Below are positions 19,026-28,379 of a stretch of 64,000 nucleotides of DNA, piece after piece. A program made the position numbers and the translations under genes. Origin of the DNA: Sphingomonas sp. GTDB taxonomy: Bacteria; Pseudomonadota; Alphaproteobacteria; Sphingomonadales; Sphingomonadaceae. Every line of letters starts with the position of its first letter. Within the stretch, counting starts at the first letter, position 1. A model generated the notes under the pieces. The model was not told the DNA's origin. It was given only the letters and a program-made list of their open reading frames with translations, and did not search any database. The stretch is taken from assembly GCA_035776635.1 (NCBI GenBank), contig DASTWI010000020.1, positions 3,483 to 67,482 of the forward strand. The letters are read 5' to 3'.

Positions 19026-21809
19026 GTGACAGTAACCAACACTTCGATGCTCGGCACTCGGGCGGTGGCTTGGCTGCTCGCCGGCACGATCCTGTCCGGC
19101 CTCCCCGCGAGCGCCTATGCCCAGGCCGCGCCCGCACAGGCAGCGGCGCAAGGCCAGGCGGCGCCGGCGCCAGCTCCCGCTCCGGCACCTGCTCCCGCGG
19201 CAACGCCCGCCGCGACGGCGCCGGCCGCTGCGCCCGCCCCGCAGCAGCGGATCATCAAGTCGCTGCGCGTCAACGGCTCCGAACGTATCGAGCCCGAAAC
19301 GGTGTTGTCCTATACCAAGCTGCGCGTAGGCCAGCCCTATGACAACGCCACGCTCGACCAGGCGATCCGTGATCTTTACGACAGCGGCTTCTTCGCCGAC
19401 GTCAGCATCGACGGCGTCGAGACCGGCGATATCGTCATCAACATCAAGGAAAACCCGCTGATCAACCGGGTGATCCTGCAGGGCAACAAGCACCTCAAAT
19501 CCGACAAGATCACCAAGGAGATCAAGCTCGCCCCGCGGCAGATCTTCACGCGCACCGCGGTGCGGCAGGACGTGTCGCGCATCCTTGAGCTCTACCGCCG
19601 CGAGGGCCGGTTCGCCGCCAACGTCCAGCCGGAGATGGTCTCGCTCGACCAGAACCGAGTCGACGTGGTGTTCGATATTTCCGAAGGGCCGAAGTCGAAG
19701 GTCCGCCAGATCAACATCATCGGCAATCACGTCTTTTCCGACGGCAAGCTGCGCGGGCAGATGGCGACCAAGGAAGCCCGCCTGCTGACGATCCTGAGCC
19801 CGAACACGAGCTACGACCAGGATCGCATGGCCTATGACCAGCAGAAGCTCAGGCAGTTCTACCTGACCCAGGGCTATGCCGATTTCCGCGTGACCTCCGC
19901 GGTCGCCGAGCTGACCCCCGACAAGCGCGACTTCATCATCACCTACGTGATCCAGGAGGGTGAGCGCTACAAGTTCGGCGACGTCACCGTCGACAGCGAC
20001 ATCCGCGACTTCGACGACAAGCGGCTCGCCGCGACGCTGCCCTTCCACAAGGGCGACTGGTACAACGCCAAGCAGGTCGAAGATGCCGTCGACAGCCTGA
20101 CGCAGACTGCCGGCCTGTTCGGCTACGCCTTCGCCAACGTCGATCCGGAGTTCACGCCGGACCGCGACACCCATACGATGGATATCAACTTCCACATCTC
20201 GGAAGCGAAGCGGACCTACGTCGAGAAGATCGACATCAACGGCAACACCCAGACCAAGGACAAGGTGATCCGCCGCGAAATGCGGCTGGCCGAGGGCGAC
20301 GCGTTCAACACCTTCCAGGTCAAGCGCTCGTCCGACCGCATCAACTCGCTCGGCTTCTTCCAGGACAAGTTCGAGCTGAAGCAGGTGCAGGGCTCGGCGC
20401 CCGATCGCGTCATCCTGCAGGCCAATCTGGAGGAGAAGTCGACCGGCGAGCTGCAGCTGTCGGCGGGCTATTCGGACCTCGAAGGCTTCATCATCCAGGG
20501 CGGCATCACCCAGCACAATTTCCGTGGCATGGGTCAGGAGCTGCGCGCCGACGTCAGCTGGTCCTATTATTCGAAGTCGATCGACCTCGGCTTCACCGAG
20601 CCCTATCTGTTCGACAAGAATATCGCGATCGGCGGCGACGTCTATCGGCGCGATTACAACGCATTCAACTATATCGGCGACAGCCGCGAGACGACCTATA
20701 GCGACGTTTCGACGGGCTTTCAGATCCGTTCGGGGATTCCGCTCACCGAATATTGGTCGCTGTCGGGCCGCTACACGCTCGAATATGATGAGGTCGGCCT
20801 GGAGAAGTCGATCTATTACACCGACGGCGCGTGCGATCCGCTCAAGGCCGGCCGCTATCTCTGCGATTCGCTCGGCAACCGCTGGAAGTCCGAGGTCGGT
20901 TATTCGCTGATCTATTCGAGCCTCAACAATGGCCTGCACCCCAGCGCCGGCACGCAATTGTCGTTCAGCCAGGATTTCGCCGGGCTGGGCGGCGATGTGA
21001 GGTACGTCCGTACCCGCGCCAATTTCGCGCATTACTGGGGATTCGGCGGCGGCTTCATCCTGTCGACCCGCGCCGAGGGCGGTTGGATCGCGCCGTTCGA
21101 GAAGGATCCGGGGCCGGGCATCGACGCAGTCAGGATCAACGACCGCTTCCTGCTCGGCGAGCCGCAGTTCCGCGGCTTCGACATTCGCGGCATCGGCCCG
21201 CGCGTGAAGCGCTTCTATTACACCACCGACGCCGACGGGAACCAGATCCTCAACACCGCCAAGAACTCGGTGGCGGACGATGCGCTGGGTGGCCGTGCTT
21301 ACTATCTCGGCCATCTCGAGCTCGAGCTGCCGCTCGGCGGGGGAGCATCGTCGCTCGGTCTGCGGCCGTCGATCTATGTCGATGTCGGCGCGCTGTTCGG
21401 GCTCAAGCGGCCGCTGCCGACCGCGACCTTCCCGACCCATGTCGATCCGACAACCGGCAAGACGATCGTCGATTCGCTGTTCATCGCGCAGAAAGACGAC
21501 AACGGTAATCCGCTCTACCAATATGTCGGTGCGAACGGCGTTGCCATCCAGACGACCTGCGCGGCCGGTATTCCGGACAGTTCGGGCGCGTGTAACGGCG
21601 TCACGCCCAATACCGCGCTCGGCCAGACGGTGCCGCCGTTCAAGGAAGTGTTCCTCGGCAACACGGCGAAGCCGCGCCTCTCGGTCGGCGTCGGCGTCAA
21701 CTGGAATTCCCCGTTCGGTCCGCTGCGTATCGACGTCGCAAAGGCGCTGATTACGCAACCGGGCGACGATCCCAAACTCATCACCTTCAATGTAGGGGCT
21801 TCATACTGA
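19026..21809 (+). CDS. bamA: Outer-membrane protein assembly factor BamA
   Basis: Signal peptide, POTRA repeats, FRGF..GIGP lid-loop motif, SPFGPLRID; conserved position after rseP. Confidence 0.96.
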   Translation: MTVTNTSMLGTRAVAWLLAGTILSGLPASAYAQAAPAQAAAQGQAAPAPAPAPAPAPAATPAATAPAAAPAPQQRIIKSLRVNGSERIEPETVLSYTKLRVGQPYDNATLDQAIRDLYDSGFFADVSIDGVETGDIVINIKENPLINRVILQGNKHLKSDKITKEIKLAPRQIFTRTAVRQDVSRILELYRREGRFAANVQPEMVSLDQNRVDVVFDISEGPKSKVRQINIIGNHVFSDGKLRGQMATKEARLLTILSPNTSYDQDRMAYDQQKLRQFYLTQGYADFRVTSAVAELTPDKRDFIITYVIQEGERYKFGDVTVDSDIRDFDDKRLAATLPFHKGDWYNAKQVEDAVDSLTQTAGLFGYAFANVDPEFTPDRDTHTMDINFHISEAKRTYVEKIDINGNTQTKDKVIRREMRLAEGDAFNTFQVKRSSDRINSLGFFQDKFELKQVQGSAPDRVILQANLEEKSTGELQLSAGYSDLEGFIIQGGITQHNFRGMGQELRADVSWSYYSKSIDLGFTEPYLFDKNIAIGGDVYRRDYNAFNYIGDSRETTYSDVSTGFQIRSGIPLTEYWSLSGRYTLEYDEVGLEKSIYYTDGACDPLKAGRYLCDSLGNRWKSEVGYSLIYSSLNNGLHPSAGTQLSFSQDFAGLGGDVRYVRTRANFAHYWGFGGGFILSTRAEGGWIAPFEKDPGPGIDAVRINDRFLLGEPQFRGFDIRGIGPRVKRFYYTTDADGNQILNTAKNSVADDALGGRAYYLGHLELELPLGGGASSLGLRPSIYVDVGALFGLKRPLPTATFPTHVDPTTGKTIVDSLFIAQKDDNGNPLYQYVGANGVAIQTTCAAGIPDSSGACNGVTPNTALGQTVPPFKEVFLGNTAKPRLSVGVGVNWNSPFGPLRIDVAKALITQPGDDPKLITFNVGASY

Positions 21810-22462
21810 TGACCACGTTCTCCAAGTTCCTCCTGGCGGCCGCCGTGGCCGTTCCGGGCCTCCTCGCGGCGGCGGCGCCGGCCAGCGCGCAGTCGGTCGC
21901 GGTGCTCGACCCCAATGCGGCGGTCGGCAATTCGAATGCGTGGAAGACCGCCGCGCAGACCATCCAGACCACCTACAAGACGCAGATCAGCCAGGCGCAG
22001 GCTCGCCAGACGGCGCTCGCGGCCGAGCTCAAGACCGCCGCGGCTCCCCTCGACACCAACAAGGACGGCCAGATCTCGCAGGCCGAGGCTCAGGCCAACC
22101 CGAACGCGCTGCGTGCGCTGCAGACCAAACAGCAGTCCGCGCAGGCCGAGTTGCAGCGTCTGTCGCTGCCGTTCGACCGCGCCAAGGATTATGCGCTCGA
22201 GCAGATCACCAATCGTGAGGACGAGGCTGTCTCCAACGTGGTCAAGCAGCGCCGCATCACCGTGCTGCTGCGCCCCGAGGCGACCTTCGTCGCCGACCCG
22301 TCGGCCGATGTCACGGGGGCAGTGACCGCCGAACTCGACCGTCTGATCACCGCTCCGGTCAGCGTGACGCCGCCCGCCAACTGGCAGCCGGGCCAGCAGC
22401 AGGCCGCGCCTGCCGCCGCTGCGGCGCCCGCCACGGGCAACACGCAGACGCAGGGCCGGTGA
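21809..22462 (+). CDS. skp: OmpH/Skp periplasmic chaperone carrying an EF-hand-like loop
   Basis: Signal peptide, Gln/Ala coiled coil, D(V)TxAVxAELD C-terminal motif; directly after bamA. Confidence 0.85.
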   Translation: MTTFSKFLLAAAVAVPGLLAAAAPASAQSVAVLDPNAAVGNSNAWKTAAQTIQTTYKTQISQAQARQTALAAELKTAAAPLDTNKDGQISQAEAQANPNALRALQTKQQSAQAELQRLSLPFDRAKDYALEQITNREDEAVSNVVKQRRITVLLRPEATFVADPSADVTGAVTAELDRLITAPVSVTPPANWQPGQQQAAPAAAAAPATGNTQTQGR

Positions 22463-22941
22463 GCGAAGGCGAAACGGCAGCCGAGCGCCGCACCGGGCCG
22501 ATGGACATCGGCCGGGTGATGACCGCGCTGCCGCACCGCTATCCGGTGCTGCTGGTCGACCGTGTCGAGGACATCGTCCTCGACCGGTCGATCACCGCGG
22601 TAAAGGCGGTGACGATCAACGAGAGCTTTTTCCAGGGTCATTTCCCCGGCCGCCCGATCATGCCCGGCGTGCTGATCGTCGAGGCGCTGGCGCAGGCCGC
22701 CGGCGTGCTCGCGGTCGAAAGCCTTGGCCTCGCCGGTTCGGGCAAGCTCGTCTATTTCATGGCGATCGACGGGGCGAAGTTCAGGAAGCCGGTCGAACCC
22801 GGCGTGCTCCTGAAGCTCGAGGTCGAGTTCGTCCAGAAACGCGCCACCGTCTGCAAATTCGCCGGCCGCGCGACGATCGACGGCCAGATCGCGGCGGAGG
22901 CGAACTTCACCGCGATGATCGCCGACCCGCCGAGCAAGTAA
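22459..22941 (+). CDS. fabZ: 3-hydroxyacyl-ACP dehydratase
   Basis: [11 protein letters not shown] and [22 protein letters not shown] motifs. Confidence 0.97.
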   Translation: MSEGETAAERRTGPMDIGRVMTALPHRYPVLLVDRVEDIVLDRSITAVKAVTINESFFQGHFPGRPIMPGVLIVEALAQAAGVLAVESLGLAGSGKLVYFMAIDGAKFRKPVEPGVLLKLEVEFVQKRATVCKFAGRATIDGQIAAEANFTAMIADPPSK

Positions 22942-22948
22942 AGTTCCT

Positions 22949-23019
22949 CCGTTCGCCCTGAGCGTCTCGAAGAGCAGCTGCGGGGCATGATCGTGCTTCG
23001 ACAGGCTCGGCACGAACGG
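22949..23019. repeat. REP-like element, family B (CCGTTCG..CTGAGC..GTCGAAG / CTTCGAC..GCTCAG..CGAACGG)
   Basis: Imperfect inverted repeat; same family at 38320, 45661, 45755, 50704, 53957 and 60269-60443. Confidence 0.8.
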
Positions 23020-23112
23020 GCGGGGGAGGGCTGGCCTTGCCCCGGCCCGCATCGCCGTGTAGAGGCGCGCCTCCGGCTGGTCGGAAACCAGCCGCATCCG
23101 GAGTTTCGTGAC

Positions 23113-23343
23113 GTGAAAAAGAACACCCACCCCGATTACCACATGATCAAGGTGCAGATGACCGACGGCACCGTGTTCGAGACGCGCTCCACCTGGGGCA
23201 GCGAAGGCGACACGCTGGCGCTCGACATCGATCCCACCTCGCATCCGGCGTGGACCGGCGGCAACCAGCGCCTGGTCGATTCGGGCGGGCAGGTCGCGCG
23301 CTTCAACAAGCGCTTCGGCGGCCTTTCCCTCGGCAAGAAGTAA
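23113..23343 (+). CDS. rpmE: 50S ribosomal protein L31 (zinc-free form)
   Basis: [22 protein letters not shown] and [10 protein letters not shown] motifs; no Cys. Confidence 0.95.
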   Translation: MKKNTHPDYHMIKVQMTDGTVFETRSTWGSEGDTLALDIDPTSHPAWTGGNQRLVDSGGQVARFNKRFGGLSLGKK

Positions 23344-23428
23344 GCGCGGTCGGCGCGTCGTCGTTGACGACGCGTTAACCTTTGCGAGCTTAGCTTTCCC
23401 TCACGTTGTTGCGTTGAGGAGTAAGGCG

Positions 23429-23764
23429 ATGCTTGCCGCCGAAATCGAACCCGCCGTGCCGGTCGGCCGGCGCCGCAGCCTGCGCGAGCCGGTCTCGCTC
23501 GACGCGCGGATCGGGCGCGGCGGCCTCGAACGCGCGCTGTGCAAGGTCGTCGACCTGTCGCTCCACGGCGCACGGCTGCAAACCTGGTCGGCTTTGAAAC
23601 GCGGCGCGACGATCTGGCTGACGCTGCCGGTGGTCGGCCCGTTGGCTGCGACCGTGGTCTGGGCCGATGACTTCCGCGCCGGCTGCCAGTTCCTCAACGC
23701 GCTCGACGACGACGAATTCGAAACGCTCCTCGACCTCGACGAGACGCTCCGCCGCGACTGGTAA
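23429..23764 (+). CDS. PilZ domain protein
   Basis: RRSLR (RxxxR) and DLSLHG (DxSxxG) motifs; GAGGAG ribosome-binding site. Confidence 0.85.
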   Translation: MLAAEIEPAVPVGRRRSLREPVSLDARIGRGGLERALCKVVDLSLHGARLQTWSALKRGATIWLTLPVVGPLAATVVWADDFRAGCQFLNALDDDEFETLLDLDETLRRDW

Positions 23765-23768
23765 TAGG

Positions 23769-25536
23769 TCAGCGGCGCGCCCGAACGATTTCCGCTTCCT
23801 CAACCGGAGCTGCCACCGCTTCCCGGCGAAGCTCCACTCGGTTTCGTCCGGCGCGCTTGGCGGCATAGAGCGCCCGGTCGGCGAGACGATAGAGCCGCTG
23901 GAAACCGTCGGCGCACCGCGCTTCGGCGACACCGATGCTCGCCGTCACCACCTGATCGCCGATCGCCGCGCTATGGTCGCATATCGCGATCTCGGCCCGA
24001 ACGCCCTCGGCAAACCGCGCGAGCGCGAAGCCGTCGATCCCGACGATCATCATCGCCAGTTCCTCGCCGCCGAGCCGCGCGACCGCGCAGCTGTCGCTCT
24101 CCCACCGGCGAAGCCGCGCGGCGATCGTGCAGAGCACGATGTCGCCGGCCTCGTGTCCGTAAGCATCGTTGACCGCCTTGAACCGGTCGATGTCGATCAG
24201 CAGCAGCGCCACCGGCGCGTCCTCGGCTTTCGCCTGGCCGATCAGCCGCGCGACGCGCTTCACGAACCCGCGGCGGTTGTTGAGCCCGGTCAACGGATCG
24301 CGCGCGGCGAGTTCGCTCGCCAGCGCCTCGGCAGCGCGCGCGCGGTCGCGCTCGAGCCGTAGCCGCGCCAGCCGCCGGGTGGCGGCGACCGACAGCCACA
24401 GCGTCTGCCAGGCTGCCGCGAACAGCACCAGAACCTGCGCGCCGCCGCCCCACAAGGCGCCCCCGATGTCCGTCACCTGCGTCAGCGCCAGCGCGACCAT
24501 CGGCACCGCCCAGGCGGCGGCGAGGTCTCGCGCTTCGGCGCTCCCGCGGCGCCATGCCCAGCCGAGGCAGGCGATCACCGCCGCGAGATCGGCGAGCACG
24601 AGGACCGCGAGCACGTCGCCGACCGCGTCGAGCGCCGCGCTGCGGATGAGTGCGGCCGGAATGCCGACCAGCCCGACGATCACGCCGAGGGCGAGCGTCG
24701 CCGGCACCGCCCCGCGCGGCAGCGCCGTGTCGTCGAGCGAGGTGGTCGTGCTCACCGTCGCCAGGGTGATCGCGAGGCACGCGAGGAAGGTGCAGGTCTG
24801 CGACGAGGCGGTCCCCGCGAACCCGGGCACGATCAGGAGATCAAGCTGCGACCAGATCGTGCCCCAGACCAGCACACATGCCGCCCAGGCGCCGTGCCAG
24901 GCGAGGAATTGGCGGCGAACCGCGACGGCGAGCGAAAGATTGTAGATCGCGCCGGTCAGCAGCAGCGTGAGCGCGGCTCCGATCAGCGCGGCCAGCGCGG
25001 CCGATTGCTTCGCGCCTTCGCCGCGCGTCACCAGCCGCAGCCGCAGCAGCGACTGGCTGCGAGGTGGTCGAAGCGCATCGTCAGCCTCACCAGCGGCGCG
25101 TCGCGAACCGGCGCTTCGAAGGCGACCTGGCCGCCCGCGCGCCAGTGCGTTCCGAAGTCGCCGCTGCGCACCTGCTGCCGCACCACCACGCCGTCGGCAT
25201 AGGAAAACGCCACCGCGAGCCGGTCGAACCGGGTTTGGTGGACCATCAGCACCAGGTCGCCGCGATCGACCTTCAGTCGCCTCAGGTCGGCGCGCAGCCA
25301 CAAGCTGCCGCGTTGATAGCCGGCCGCCGTACCACGGCAGGCAAAGTGCCGCGGCGGCGGCGCATCCGCGCGCGCCACGTCGGTGACGGCATGGCACAAC
25401 GCCTCGCCGAGCCGCAGCGTCCCGGCTCCTGCCGCAGCCGGCAGGCAGGCGCCGACCAGGGCGATCGCCGCAAGCAGGATCCTGACGATGCCGATGTTTC
25501 GCCCCCCAAAGCCAGCTGCGCCTCGCGCACGACCAT
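23769..25536 (-). pseudogene. Membrane diguanylate cyclase (periplasmic domain + 7TM + GGDEF), broken by two apparent 1-nt deficits
   Basis: RDPLTGLNNRR, DIDRFKAVNDAYGHEAGD, RLGGEEL. N-terminal signal and periplasmic domain lie in other frames, with junctions at about 25058 and in the C6 run at 25502-25507. Confidence 0.75.
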
Positions 25537-25672
25537 TCCAGATGCTTTGTCAGAAGGGGGTGAGCAAAGCCTTACCATGGCGATCCCTGAAGTGGGCGAT
25601 CCGGCGGTCAGATTGTGCCCATGTTCGGTTCTGGGTAACGTCCGCTCGAGGCTTGGGAGGAGGTCCGGCAGC

Positions 25673-26203
25673 ATGGCGAAGCTCGTGTTCGCATTGAACC
25701 AGTCCCTGGACGGCTATGTCGACCACATGGAATTTGCGCCCGATCCCCAGCTTTTTCGCCATTTCATCGACGACGTGCGCGGCCTGGCCGGCAGCGTGTA
25801 CGGTCGTCGCATGTACGAGGTCATGCGATATTGGGACGACGATCGTTCCGAGTGGGACGCTGCGGAACGCGACTATGCCGCGGCGTGGCGAAGCCAGCCG
25901 AAATGGGTCGTGTCGCGCTCGTTGAAGTCCGTCGGCCCCAATGCCACGCTGGTCGCGAATGACGTCGAGGCGGTGATCCGCGGGCTGAAGGCTCGCCTGG
26001 ACGGCGAGATCGAGGTTTCCGGCCCGGAGCTGGCGCAAAGCCTGGCCGATCTCGGCCTTATCGACGAGTACCGACTCTATCTCCACCCCGTAGTGCTTGG
26101 CCGCGGCAAGCCGTTGTTCGCCGGCCCAAGGCCGCCGCTACGCCTTGTCGCCAGCGATCGCATCGGCGCCAACGTGATCAGGCTGACGTACGTTCCTGCC
26201 TGA
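25673..26203 (+). CDS. Dihydrofolate reductase-like / RibD C-terminal domain protein
   Basis: NQSLDGYVD, YGRRMYE, LIDEYRLYLHPVVLGRGKPLF; GGAGG ribosome-binding site. Confidence 0.88.
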   Translation: MAKLVFALNQSLDGYVDHMEFAPDPQLFRHFIDDVRGLAGSVYGRRMYEVMRYWDDDRSEWDAAERDYAAAWRSQPKWVVSRSLKSVGPNATLVANDVEAVIRGLKARLDGEIEVSGPELAQSLADLGLIDEYRLYLHPVVLGRGKPLFAGPRPPLRLVASDRIGANVIRLTYVPA

Positions 26204-26225
26204 TCCGGAGCGGTCTTGGTGCCCT

Positions 26226-26315
<90 letters not shown>

Positions 26316-26409
26316 GACCTGCGGCGCATAAGCGGCAAGCGGCATTTTGTGCAAGGGGCGCGTCCGCAAGGGGTTCATCCCGCGGCCTTGCTGTGGCACT
26401 GTCCCCGGC

Positions 26410-27459
26410 ATGTGGGGCGTACCGACACAAGCGAAGCGATTTCTGACACTCAGCGCCGGCGTCCTCGCCTGCGCATTGACCGGCGGTTCCGCCGCGGCGC
26501 AGACCGAGGACGGGTTCCAGGCCTATCTGCCGAACCTGCGCGCCAAGGCCGAGGCGGCCGGCGTGTCGCCGCGGACGATCGCCAGCGTGTTCCCGACGCT
26601 GACGATGAGCGACCGCGTGATCGAGCTCGACCGCGATCAGCCCGGCGGCAATCCCAACGCGCCGATCCCGATGTTCGCGCCGTACAAGGCCAGGCACGTC
26701 GATGCCGCGCGGATCAGCCGCGGCCGCGCCGCCTATCAGGCCAACCGCGCCAAGCTCGCGCGGATCGAGGACGAGACCGGGGTTCCCGAATCGATCATGG
26801 TGTCGATCTGGGGGCACGAGACCAATTACGGCGGCTACACCGGCAATTTCGACCTGCCCAATTCACTGGCAACGCTCGCTTACGAAGGGCGCCGGCGCGA
26901 CCTGTTCGAGAAGGAATTCGTCGCCGCGCTCAAGATTATGGACAAGGGCGTGTCGCGCGACACGCTGCAGGGAAGCTGGGCGGGCGCGACCGGCGGGCCG
27001 CAATTCCTGCCGTCGGTCTATCTGCGCCTCGCGCGCGACGGCGACGGCGACGGCCGCGCCGACATCTGGCATTCGGACGCCGACACGCTCGCGTCGATCG
27101 CCAATTATTTCGTCAACGCCGGTTGGCGGAAGGGACAGCCGTGGGGCTTCGCCGTCTCGGTGCCGTCGAGCATCAATGCCGACGCGATGCCGGGCCGCAC
27201 CGTCTCGCCGCGCTGCCCGCGGGTCTATGCGCGGCACAGCACATGGAAGACGATGGCCGAATGGCGCGCGCTGGGACTGGTCCCGCTCGACCGCAGCTGG
27301 CCCGCGAACAGTCAGATGCTGGCGACGCTGCTCCAGCCCGACGGGCCGGGACGGACCGCCTATCTGTTGACCGGAAATTATCGGGTCATCCTCGATTACA
27401 ATTGCTCGAACTTCTATGCATTGTCGGTGGGGCTGTTGGCGGATGCGGTATCGCAATAG
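26410..27459 (+). CDS. mltB: Lytic murein transglycosylase (MltB/SLT_2 family)
   Basis: IWGHETNYG (catalytic Glu), GSWAGATGGPQFLPS, DGDGDGRAD EF-hand, YNCSNFYALSV. Confidence 0.9.
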   Translation: MWGVPTQAKRFLTLSAGVLACALTGGSAAAQTEDGFQAYLPNLRAKAEAAGVSPRTIASVFPTLTMSDRVIELDRDQPGGNPNAPIPMFAPYKARHVDAARISRGRAAYQANRAKLARIEDETGVPESIMVSIWGHETNYGGYTGNFDLPNSLATLAYEGRRRDLFEKEFVAALKIMDKGVSRDTLQGSWAGATGGPQFLPSVYLRLARDGDGDGRADIWHSDADTLASIANYFVNAGWRKGQPWGFAVSVPSSINADAMPGRTVSPRCPRVYARHSTWKTMAEWRALGLVPLDRSWPANSQMLATLLQPDGPGRTAYLLTGNYRVILDYNCSNFYALSVGLLADAVSQ

Positions 27460-28342
27460 GGCGCTCGGGGCGCTGATCGCAGTGGGAATGCTGGCGAGCG
27501 GCGCGGCGGCGCAGCAGCACGGCGCCGGCGTGCCGTCGGTACCGACGCCGGGCGACGCGATCCCGCCGCCCGACCTGCCGGTCGCCAAGGGTCCCAGCGG
27601 CACGTCGAACGACGCCGCCGCGGCGCGCTACGACCGCGTCGGCTATGCCGCGATCGACGCGGGCCTGCATGGCGTCAGCGCGGCAAGCGGCGCGCTGCCC
27701 GCGGGCGCCTATGCCGAAGTGACCGCGCTCGACAGCGGCAAGATCGTGCTGACCCGCGTCGCCATCGGCGCGCCGCCGGCGGGGCGGCTCGCGGCGCTCT
27801 CGCCCGATGCCGCGCGGCTGCTCGGGGTGGCCGCCGCCAAGCCCGCCGCGATCCGCATCCGCGAGGTCGCGCCGCAAGCCGCCGACGAGGCGGCGCTGAC
27901 CCGCGGCCAGCCCGCCGCTCCGCGGCTCGACGCGCCGCCGATCCTGCTCAACGGCCTGCGCGCGCGGCTCGCCGCGGTGGCGACGCCGCCCGCAGCGGCC
28001 GCAGCTCCGCCGCCGCCGGCTGCTGCGAAGGCGCCCGCTGCCGCCAAGCCTGTGCCAGCGCCCGCGCCCAAGCCTATGGCCGCTCCCGCCAAGGCGCCGC
28101 CCGTCAAGGCCGCGCCGGCGAAGCCCGCCGCCGCCACCGGCCGCTACCGCGTCCAGGTCGCGACCTTCTCCAGCCAGGCTAACGCGAAAACGCTCGCCGC
28201 GCGAATCGACGGGCATGTCGTCCCGGCCGGTCGCTACTGGCGCGTCGAGCTCGGCCCGTTCGCCGATGCCGCCACCGCGCAACGCGCGCGTGACGGCGCC
28301 GCCAAGCGCGGCTATGGCGATGCTCGCGTCCGCAAGGACTGA
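27443..28342 (+). CDS. RlpA-like protein: degenerate DPBB domain, Ala/Pro linker, C-terminal SPOR domain
   Basis: YDRVGYA...AEVTALDSGK...LSPDAARLLG; C-terminal YRVQVATFSS...WRVELGPF; sits between mltB and dacA. Confidence 0.8.
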   Translation: MRYRNRALGALIAVGMLASGAAAQQHGAGVPSVPTPGDAIPPPDLPVAKGPSGTSNDAAAARYDRVGYAAIDAGLHGVSAASGALPAGAYAEVTALDSGKIVLTRVAIGAPPAGRLAALSPDAARLLGVAAAKPAAIRIREVAPQAADEAALTRGQPAAPRLDAPPILLNGLRARLAAVATPPAAAAAPPPPAAAKAPAAAKPVPAPAPKPMAAPAKAPPVKAAPAKPAAATGRYRVQVATFSSQANAKTLAARIDGHVVPAGRYWRVELGPFADAATAQRARDGAAKRGYGDARVRKD

Positions 28343-28379
28343 ACCTCACCCTCCAGCGTAACGGAAACCAAGAGTCCCG

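Noticed and set aside
18909-21758. 949-aa minus-strand ORF; similar long ORFs at 2371-4950, 38393-40948 and 56049-58223
   Set aside because: These are antisense shadows of bamA, cckA, ntrYX and ppk. Stop-poor reverse frames are expected at about 70% GC, and they carry no recognisable motifs.
27980-28140. Ala/Pro/Lys low-complexity repeats (also in the BamA N-terminus at 19140-19240)
   Set aside because: Ordinary flexible linkers of periplasmic proteins, not DNA-level tandem repeats.
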